IMG/VR virus record: IMGVR_UViG_3300010389_000003
Location: 39,984-103,983 of that record
Reading direction: 5' to 3' (one strand)
Length of the DNA stretch: 64,000 nt
Origin: a virus
A program made the translations under genes and the position numbers. Shown piece after piece: positions 56,896 to 64,000 of the stretch. How positions within the stretch are numbered: the stretch's first letter is position 1; every line of letters begins with the position of its first letter. The notes beneath the pieces were generated by a model. It saw nothing but the letters and a program-made list of their open reading frames with translations. It had not been told where the DNA came from and searched no databases.

Positions 56896-57167
56896 TATAC
56901 CTTCTTTGTGACCACATAAGTGTCACCACTAAGCATTTTGATAATCACAACGTCACCCATCCAATTAGACACATGAATGAGCTGCCCCTTTCTTACTGCT
57001 ACGTTGACATCTGTTTTGATTCCGGTAATACCATCTTCGATGCTTACGACAGTATCGGGTTTGACTATGGGAAAACCTTCTCCATCAACATAGTCTCTGT
57101 AGTAAGTTTCTGCTTCGCAGTTAGTCTCTTCTTGGCCTTTGGAATCTTGAGGTATTGAAATTTTCAT
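56895..57167 (-). CDS. hypothetical protein
   Basis: Stop/start overlap. Confidence 0.55.
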   Translation of the reverse strand: MKISIPQDSKGQEETNCEAETYYRDYVDGEGFPIVKPDTVVSIEDGITGIKTDVNVAVRKGQLIHVSNWMGDVVIIKMLSGDTYVVTKKV

Positions 57168-57204
57168 TTAAAATCCTGGTTTCAATTTTGAAGTGGTTAA
57201 TACA

Positions 57205-57525
57205 TCATTCTGTTAACATTTCTATACATGGATTCTTCTTTTCAACAAGAAGATAACCATTTTCTTCTGCTGTTCTTTTAAGGCGCGCAAGCACAGCTCT
57301 TTTGCCTATGGCTCTAGCTTCAGCATCTGCAGCCTTCTCTTCTTCGGTTTTCGGTCGAGTCCACTGGGCATACAAATAGAACTCACCATCATAACATTCT
57401 ACATCTACAATTGCATCTGGATGTTCTTTGTAGACTTTGTACATCACGGTCAAAGCCTCTAAGATATTCAGTCCAACTAAATTAAGATCAGTATTTTCGT
57501 ACTTTATATCATCGAATTCAATCAT
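57205..57525 (-). CDS. hypothetical protein
   Basis: 106-aa ORF. Confidence 0.6.
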   Translation of the reverse strand: MIEFDDIKYENTDLNLVGLNILEALTVMYKVYKEHPDAIVDVECYDGEFYLYAQWTRPKTEEEKAADAEARAIGKRAVLARLKRTAEENGYLLVEKKNPCIEMLTE

Positions 57526-58066
57526 TGCCTCTCCATGTCATCTTGGCTGTCTGCCTAAAAGGGGTATTCATTGTTTCTTTGGAAACCACAAGTTCAAGAT
57601 CACAAATAGGGATATATTCGGTGGTCCTTCCTGCATCCTCTAAAAGCAGCCCATTTAGATCATCTAGATTAACAGATATGGTTTCACCTATACCGAGATA
57701 CTCATCTATCCAGGTAGACTGGACTGTGTGAACATTACCCTTATAGATTACGGTGTCCCCAGGAAAGGCCATCTGAAGTCCATCTATTTCCACGCGACCA
57801 GTTTCATCACAACTGGGGCACGGATAATCAACATAGCTCCCATCTTCATAACGCCATTTACGCAGGCCATCATTACACCCAAATAGAGTGCACTTTTTAG
57901 TTGGGTCAAAATCAATGTACCCACCAGTGCATTCGCAACAAGGAACATCAGCACCCTCGCCTGCAGAATTTAACTTCCAGTGCCTACTCGTTCCATCACA
58001 GTTGGGGCATAAAGTTTTCCATTTGCTATATCTGAAATTAGATGACTTCAACTTGTGCTTGCCCAT
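57518..58066 (-). CDS. protein with DnaJ-like Cys-rich zinc finger
   Basis: CPNCDGT, CCECTGG, CTLFGCNDG, CPSCDETG. Confidence 0.65.
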   Translation of the reverse strand: MGKHKLKSSNFRYSKWKTLCPNCDGTSRHWKLNSAGEGADVPCCECTGGYIDFDPTKKCTLFGCNDGLRKWRYEDGSYVDYPCPSCDETGRVEIDGLQMAFPGDTVIYKGNVHTVQSTWIDEYLGIGETISVNLDDLNGLLLEDAGRTTEYIPICDLELVVSKETMNTPFRQTAKMTWRGND

Positions 58067-58436
58067 TTCATTCTCTCATTGTTTTACGTGGTCTTTGCTT
58101 CTTTGAGTACTTCAAATTCTTACGCTCGAGTTCGTATTCATAATCAGAAGGATGAGTAGTAGACCATTCACCATCTTCTCGGTCACCACCATGCCTATCA
58201 AATGGGTATGGTTGCATTTCATAAGCCATAATGACCTCCTTTCAATCTCTTGTTTTGAGCGCTCTACCCGCTTCATCTCTCATTTCTGTGGCAGTGGTAT
58301 GCCCAGAGATTATACGCAGAAGAGACTTTTCATATGCGCTGAATCTGATCGCTGAATTGTTTTTCGGCAATGATGGCTGCTCTTGCAGGCGTTGGAGCTT
58401 CAATGTCGGCAACAAGGCTTACTCTAAAATTGCTAT

Positions 58437-58682
58437 TCATGATGTTCTCCGTCTTGCTGCTTTGTTAAGGGTTTTCAATTGGCCAGAAGTATAACGTACT
58501 AAAGAATTATATCTGTTGGCCTTAGCTGGACTAGTCTCTTCGTGAAGCTTTTTCAACAACTCTGCGACGCTGAGTAGATATCGTAGATCATCAGATGTGA
58601 CAGTTACTTTTGATTCAAGCGAACCGTCGTGTCGTAATCTTTTGATGATCTCATCTACAACGTCACCGTCAGTCTCACCCAT
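58437..58682 (-). CDS. hypothetical protein
   Basis: Overlapping operon arrangement. Confidence 0.5.
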   Translation of the reverse strand: MGETDGDVVDEIIKRLRHDGSLESKVTVTSDDLRYLLSVAELLKKLHEETSPAKANRYNSLVRYTSGQLKTLNKAARRRTS

Positions 58683-59059
58683 CGGTCGCCTTTCTACTTG
58701 CCAGATCGTCTGTCAAGACCTTCAACAGCCCAATTTCGATGAGCATGCTGATGACCTCTGTATCCACTTCGACCGAAGCTAGCAGATCATTGTTCTTGTC
58801 GGTGAGGTTCAGAGTCCAGGGCGCTAGATCCTCTAGTTCGCATTCTTCTTTTTTTTCTGACATGTTCAACTACCCTGTTCTAATGTATCGGAGAATATAT
58901 TGCGACATTCCAAGCATATCCTACTTGCGTCTTCAACAGCAAGAGTTTTTGGATTTTTACAACGTGAGCATGGTTTTTTGTTCTGCATATTTATTCCATA
59001 AAGAAGGCCACACAACAGCCACCCAAACGGCAGCTGCTGTGTGGCCCACTTTTAGGTTC

Positions 59060-59566
59060 TTAAGACCAACAACCCTTGGATGCATTCCAATGGCTGATAC
59101 CACCAAGGTCGTCTCTTGATATCAACCATGCGGCATTGAAGGCGTTGGCACGAGCATTCGTACGGGGCAAGTAACTATAAGGGGCTCCATGCTTGGCAAT
59201 GTTGTTCCAGGTGCTGGTGATGAACTGAAAGAGTCCTGTTGCACTACTTGGATTGTAGGCTTCATCATCAAATCTTGATTCACACCAGGCAAGGTCAGCC
59301 AATAAGGTTTTTGAAACATCATACCGAGCTGCAGCATCAGCAACTGCACACTCTGTATATTGGTCTGCTTCGTATCTCGGTAAGCAATCACGTTCGGTCA
59401 ACGCAGATATATTCTCGGCTTCCTCTTGAGAAAGCGTGTACCCTAAGTCTGCGTAAGCGTCTATAACTTCAGCCGGAGTACAGGCTGACAGTACGAAAGT
59501 AAAAGCTACCATTACAGAAATAAGGATCTGTTTGAGCTTCACTTTTCTCTTGTGGTTATGGATCAT
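59060..59566 (-). CDS. lytic transglycosylase (SLT/Rpf-like) lipoprotein
   Basis: Signal peptide plus LSAC lipobox; WCESRF..A.NP.S.ATGLFQF..STW. Confidence 0.8.
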   Translation of the reverse strand: MIHNHKRKVKLKQILISVMVAFTFVLSACTPAEVIDAYADLGYTLSQEEAENISALTERDCLPRYEADQYTECAVADAAARYDVSKTLLADLAWCESRFDDEAYNPSSATGLFQFITSTWNNIAKHGAPYSYLPRTNARANAFNAAWLISRDDLGGISHWNASKGCWS

Positions 59567-59583
59567 ATATTGTTTTCTCCTAT

Positions 59584-60345
59584 TTAGCGAGCATAAGACT
59601 TCTTTTTGTGATACCTATATGTACCTGGAGCATAGAAATCATTTCTTCTCTGAAAAGCAGTAGGATAGTTGTCCATACCTACCAACGCACGACATATATG
59701 AACCATAAGATCATGGTTGATAGTCGTGAGGACATTGTTGGTCATTATAAATTCAGTTATGCCACGGGAAAACCCGCAGAGACGGTCAGCATTTTCGTAC
59801 TTACGAGAGTAACGGTTTTCAATGCCCACCTCTTTTGACATCCAGGTGTCAATGACCTTGCGCACCAAATCTATATCAGCTACCTCTTTAGTTGAGTAGT
59901 CTTCATTTGAGCTCATCACATAGTAACAAGAGCTTACGTCGCATTCAACTTTTCGGCGCGCAGCTCGTACGGCTGATTTGGCAATAGCCATTTCATCTGC
60001 ACGACGCTTGTTACTGGTGCGTCTTTTGTCATCGAGCATGCATTCGTGTAGTTCATAGACAACACAGCGAATCCATCTTTGCGCCTGGTCCAAAGGAACA
60101 TAAGATCTACGATTATCATTAAGGGTAGTCTTTAGCGCAGGAAGCCTAGGTTCGACTCCGGCTTTGCGTTCTGCTACAGTTAGTGCTCGTCTTGCCACGC
60201 TCAAGAGGGACACGTTCTTATGGCAATTGAAGAAGTGATAGAAGATCTCACGAAAGTCTTCCACATAGATCGCTTCACTGCCTTCTTTGTCGGTCCTCAA
60301 CAGGGAACCCCGCCTGTTGTTGATAGCTTTCTCACGCTTGTTCAT
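59584..60345 (-). CDS. hypothetical basic protein
   Basis: 253 aa; ATGA overlap. Confidence 0.6.
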   Translation of the reverse strand: MNKREKAINNRRGSLLRTDKEGSEAIYVEDFREIFYHFFNCHKNVSLLSVARRALTVAERKAGVEPRLPALKTTLNDNRRSYVPLDQAQRWIRCVVYELHECMLDDKRRTSNKRRADEMAIAKSAVRAARRKVECDVSSCYYVMSSNEDYSTKEVADIDLVRKVIDTWMSKEVGIENRYSRKYENADRLCGFSRGITEFIMTNNVLTTINHDLMVHICRALVGMDNYPTAFQRRNDFYAPGTYRYHKKKSYAR

Positions 60346-61187
60346 GGCCTTAAGTGTCCCGTTTCCTCTTGGGTATCTATAAACTGGGCTAACTGAGAAA
60401 ATCTATAATCATAATCTTTGGTGTGACTTCCGCGTCTGATGTCAGCAATTGACAAAGTACTAGCGGCCAAACCAAGGGAATGGACAACATGACCACTGCC
60501 CAGTTCTACATCATAGGTAGCTCTGGTGTGGTAATGTCCATGTATTGTATAGTCGGGCTGTACGCAATCAACTAGATCTCTCAATCTGTGACGTACTGCA
60601 GCACACTCTGGAATCCTATCGGGATTTATGCCCGAAGGCAGAAGTAAATCCATTGGGGCGCCCCAATAAGTATCATGGGTCAACAAGAAGTCTATCTTAG
60701 CATCAAAGTCTTCATATCTTGCAATGCCTATTTTAATGTCGGCAATGCTGACCATTTCCTGTTCCCAATAGGTGACACCCAATTTCCTAGATCTTCTGTC
60801 TACGGAATAGGAACCACCCATACCCATGAATGATGTGTTCTCTAGAGTGAATATAGCACCGCGCGGTATCCAACCAAGGCCTTCGCGTATCTGCTTCAGT
60901 TCACTTAGGTCACAATCTGGTATGGTTGTTTGGAAAGGGGAGTCCATATACTCCATGAGCATGACATGGTTTTCATGGTTGCCATCTATAAATATCAAAG
61001 GCATGCCGAACTTGCGGATCATGCCTTGAATTTGATCTAGATAGTACTTGCCATGCGGGGTATGCTCCCAGTAACCAAAGTCACCGAGCTGAATGATTAA
61101 ATCACATTCAAGATTTTGTGCTCTTCTAAAACTCTCCCTGAGACCATGTTCATCACCGTGGAGGTCTCCCAAACATAAGATTTTCAT
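60342..61187 (-). CDS. calcineurin-like metallophosphoesterase
   Basis: GDLHG, LGDFG, DGNHE, GGSYSVD, LTHD, HGHYH motifs. Confidence 0.88.
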   Translation of the reverse strand: MKILCLGDLHGDEHGLRESFRRAQNLECDLIIQLGDFGYWEHTPHGKYYLDQIQGMIRKFGMPLIFIDGNHENHVMLMEYMDSPFQTTIPDCDLSELKQIREGLGWIPRGAIFTLENTSFMGMGGSYSVDRRSRKLGVTYWEQEMVSIADIKIGIARYEDFDAKIDFLLTHDTYWGAPMDLLLPSGINPDRIPECAAVRHRLRDLVDCVQPDYTIHGHYHTRATYDVELGSGHVVHSLGLAASTLSIADIRRGSHTKDYDYRFSQLAQFIDTQEETGHLRP

Positions 61188-61389
61188 TTTTAAGATCTTT
61201 CTCACATATACAATTTTGAAGACATTCATTTTTAGGCATGACAATTATACATTCACATTTTAAAAGTGCAACATCCTCTTTGGTAAGATCCAAAGATTTG
61301 GAGTCGATCTCTTTCAGTTTCTGTTCATAATACCGCACTGTCAAAACATAAAGCAGCATGAAAAGAACTGTTACATCTAGGATGAACAT
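61153..61389 (-). CDS. small membrane protein
   Basis: N-terminal hydrophobic helix. Confidence 0.45.
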   Translation of the reverse strand: MFILDVTVLFMLLYVLTVRYYEQKLKEIDSKSLDLTKEDVALLKCECIIVMPKNECLQNCICEKDLKNENLMFGRPPR

Positions 61390-61453
61390 ACAAGTTCTCC
61401 AGAGTAGTGTTTATGACAAAACCTTGTCACCAGATTGAAGAATCAGTCTGAGA

Positions 61454-61897
61454 TCAAGACAGAAATTCATCACCTCTGATGATGGGATGAGATTTACCTT
61501 TGCGGTGCGGCCAGTGAAGAGGTCGATAAGATCGTATATTTCTTGTCTTTCTAGTTCGCTCACTGACGGTGTAGCCGCTACTGGGGAGGCTAATGCGGGC
61601 ATGTCGTTTCTCCGATACTGGTATGATTAGTATGTCTTCTAATAACTCTGCAAAGCCGGTTATAGGGTCCAACTTTCTTACGTCTTCAGGTAAATAGTAC
61701 TTGAAAAGGTGTAAAGTCAACACAGACCAGCCTACAGTAATAGGCCAACGATTCAACTCGTGGGCAACATTATCATTAAAAACACCAGAAAGGGTGGCAT
61801 AACGTTCTTTGTCTGATTTTTTCATCCAGCTTAAAGCTGCGTCTAGAACTGCAATGTGAGCAAACAAACTCACCCATCCCCAAGCACCTGGTCTCAT
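61454..61897 (-). CDS. hypothetical membrane-associated protein
   Basis: AGAGGT RBS; hydrophobic segments. Confidence 0.55.
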   Translation of the reverse strand: MRPGAWGWVSLFAHIAVLDAALSWMKKSDKERYATLSGVFNDNVAHELNRWPITVGWSVLTLHLFKYYLPEDVRKLDPITGFAELLEDILIIPVSEKRHARISLPSSGYTVSERTRKTRNIRSYRPLHWPHRKGKSHPIIRGDEFLS

Positions 61898-61971
61898 TTA
61901 AATACCTCTGCATTTTTAGAATTTATACCTATTGTAGTACCTAAGCAGAGACTTAATTGTCAAGTCGTTTC

Positions 61972-62526
61972 TTAAAAAAACTCTTTCTCTTTTGCTTCTG
62001 GCAACTTGGCTTTTACCTTTTTCATTATGTTTATCTGAGGTTTACCAGTTGCCATCTGCAATTCATACCGCAGTCTTATGACCTCTTGACGTAGGGCGCT
62101 GTTTTCCGCAAGCACTCTGGCAATTGAAGGATCGACACCGGGCTTGATAGTGCCAACAGTACGCACAGCAGAATAACCACGAGCCACAGAAGCCTCATAA
62201 TACCCTTGCTCAACCACACCAGCTTGAGCCATAGCCTCAAGCATCTGCCAGTACTTGGCTTCAACAACGGGCTTATTGATATAAAGGTGATGGTGTTTTA
62301 TCTGCGAAGAATGCAAAAGCTCAACTGGTGGCCACAACTGTGACGGAACATCAAAATCTATGACAGGGGCATGGTAACCTTCCATGTTCACCATCAAAGA
62401 TGTAACAAGGGTGCCTTCTTGATCGTCTACAGGCTCTGTATTTACTTTGCCTTTGTAGTTGTTTTTGTCGTCGTCGTTTTCAGGTTCATCTTGACCAAAG
62501 ACAGCTACGTGTTTACGTAGTATCAT
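61972..62526 (-). CDS. hypothetical protein with AEP-like DxD and His motifs
   Basis: HAPVIDFD...SSQIKHHHLYI...GYSAVR. Confidence 0.55.
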   Translation of the reverse strand: MILRKHVAVFGQDEPENDDDKNNYKGKVNTEPVDDQEGTLVTSLMVNMEGYHAPVIDFDVPSQLWPPVELLHSSQIKHHHLYINKPVVEAKYWQMLEAMAQAGVVEQGYYEASVARGYSAVRTVGTIKPGVDPSIARVLAENSALRQEVIRLRYELQMATGKPQINIMKKVKAKLPEAKEKEFF

Positions 62527-63560
62527 TATGGCAAGATCCGACCACTATCTTGAAACCAAACACGAACTGCACTTTGAATATTGCCCACAGATGGTTCTTC
62601 ATCGTTGCGATTCATCACGTACATATCCATTTCATTGAGCGCAAGCAAAAACAGCGAAGTATCCTGATTCAGCTGCTCTACGGTCTTTGCACCCGTATTG
62701 TTGCTAGATCTCGCCGCATAGCCATGAAGCTTCTTGAGCGCAACAATGATGCTACGTGCTTCTTCTTTCGTGAACTCGGCTTCATTGCCTTCAGTAGCAT
62801 ATGACTCTAAACTCTGAAGCGCACTGCCAACTGCATCTTTGGTAGAAACCTTGTCTGCGTCTTGAGATATGATGCCAGCCATTGCGGTATCCTCTACTTC
62901 TTCGGGTTGTACTTCTGTTGTTACGGGTTCTGGTCTCGAGACAGAAAATACAGCAGTCCGTCTCGAGGCAGGGGGAAATCTAGTAGTCCATATACTGTAA
63001 TCTGGAACCGATGTATTGGTTATCGTGCCCGTATATACAGTCGCGTTGTTTACTGTGTATGTTGTATTTGCCACTGAAAGAAAAGTCTCATTGTCGGAAA
63101 CAAAAGTTTCATTTTCGGGAATAGGGTCATTTTGAGGAATAGGGTTAGATTCATCATAAATGAGAGACGTCAACAGGTCGCGATTGTTCCGTACGTAATT
63201 TACGCGAGTCATTTCTTGAAGAGGAGTATTATATCGTCTTTCGACATTTTCTATAATACGGTTTTGCCGTGCAGCCTCTTCTCTCAAAGATCGAAAATGT
63301 TCAGAATCATCTGCTACAGTTGGATAACCGTAACCTGAATTTATGTCCGCATTTATACGATTCAGTTTGGATTCAAGGTATCCAATTCTATCTTGAAGCA
63401 TGGGCACCGTGGTGTTGCTGACAAAGCCGTTTCTGTCCGACTGCAACACTTTCAGTTCTTTTCGGTACTTGTTTATAAGCCGTTGTACTTCAGCAGGATC
63501 GTTTGAGTTGCTTCGTATGCTAGAGAACAATTTCTTCTTTCTCTTCTTTTTTGCAGTCAT
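62526..63560 (-). CDS. hypothetical protein with coiled-coil and low-complexity segments
   Basis: 344-aa ORF. Confidence 0.65.
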   Translation of the reverse strand: MTAKKKRKKKLFSSIRSNSNDPAEVQRLINKYRKELKVLQSDRNGFVSNTTVPMLQDRIGYLESKLNRINADINSGYGYPTVADDSEHFRSLREEAARQNRIIENVERRYNTPLQEMTRVNYVRNNRDLLTSLIYDESNPIPQNDPIPENETFVSDNETFLSVANTTYTVNNATVYTGTITNTSVPDYSIWTTRFPPASRRTAVFSVSRPEPVTTEVQPEEVEDTAMAGIISQDADKVSTKDAVGSALQSLESYATEGNEAEFTKEEARSIIVALKKLHGYAARSSNNTGAKTVEQLNQDTSLFLLALNEMDMYVMNRNDEEPSVGNIQSAVRVWFQDSGRILP

Positions 63561-63575
63561 TTAATCCATGCCTTG

Positions 63576-63986
63576 TTAAAGAGTTTTGTAAAGTATGGGC
63601 GCTCTTCCCCGACCAGAGTACTTTGGGTCAGGCCCATTCACTTCCAACTGACCTTCTTCGATCATGGAATTCATGACCTTCTTTACGGTCAATGCAGAGT
63701 AACCAGTACGCTCACATGCTTGAGAAACCGTAAAGGCTCTCTTGGTTGTGAGGATTCTCTGCTCTATCTCTTTTTGAGAATCAGTTGCCTCTTTTGAGGT
63801 GGTCTTGCGCTTTTCCTTTTTGGGTTGCGGAGCTTTTTGGGGTTTCTTCTTTGGGTCCGCATTCAGAGAGTCATCAAGAGAACGAATTCTTCTTACCGAA
63901 TCAGGGTACTTGCTGGGGTTTTGATCAACCACATAGCGTACCTGAGAAATCATATCCTTTAGCCACTTGTAGTCTTGGGGTGACAA
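63576..63986 (-). CDS. winged-HTH DNA-binding protein (start may lie further upstream)
   Basis: FTVSQACERTGYSALTVKKVMNSMIEEG..GRGRAPILY. Confidence 0.7.
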   Translation of the reverse strand: MSPQDYKWLKDMISQVRYVVDQNPSKYPDSVRRIRSLDDSLNADPKKKPQKAPQPKKEKRKTTSKEATDSQKEIEQRILTTKRAFTVSQACERTGYSALTVKKVMNSMIEEGQLEVNGPDPKYSGRGRAPILYKTL

Positions 63987-64000
63987 ATCAAGTGTTATCT

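Noticed and set aside
58130-58440. TGA readthrough joining MNSNFRV...QRI to a long downstream minus-strand frame
   Set aside because: The extension overlaps another plausible small gene with a strong RBS and has no recognisable motif; chance is sufficient.
63078-63140. Short imperfect repeats (NETFVS/NETFLS, NPIP/DPIP)
   Set aside because: Ordinary low-complexity linker duplication; no sign of a DGR or array, and no reverse transcriptase in the window.
1-64000. Genome-wide stop-codon reassignment
   Set aside because: TAA, TAG and TGA all terminate well-defined genes with tight stop/start coupling, and long genes are intact in code 11.

Overview
The window is a 64-kb segment of a large lytic dsDNA phage genome. 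An actinobacterial host is inferred, not shown, from the HNH/amidase/Rpf-like protein styles, DnaE, class II RNR and a candidate leaderless transcript. From left to right it contains: (1) 1-14.9 kb, large virion (baseplate/tail-like) genes and a holin-like gene; (2) 15-19.3 kb, nucleotide metabolism (class II RNR, ThyX, dCMP deaminase); (3) 19.9-31.8 kb, a roughly 16-gene glycan cluster (glycosyltransferases, methyltransferases, a split RfaE/HldE-like nucleotidyltransferase plus kinase, HAD phosphatase, cupin, NDP-sugar epimerase) followed by an IMPDH/GMP reductase; (4) 31.9-47.7 kb, replication, transcription and lysis genes (DnaB-like helicase, AEP primase, DnaE, RecB/Cas4-like nucleases, sigma factor, HNH, amidase endolysin); (5) 47.7-64 kb, mostly minus-strand accessory genes with a complete tmRNA. 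The most notable hand-read features are: a free-standing HNH/EndoVII homing-endonuclease cassette that inserted into the primase gene, supplied a replacement 3' end and left the old C-terminus stranded downstream; a 458-nt tmRNA with a 22-codon tag and three copies of a TGAC..GGAAAGAC hairpin module; a candidate phage late-promoter motif (GTTACTAT); two genes interrupted by single in-frame TAA codons; clusters of tiny basic peptides; and several catalytically degenerate enzyme homologues. All calls come from reading motifs by eye; no database searches were run.
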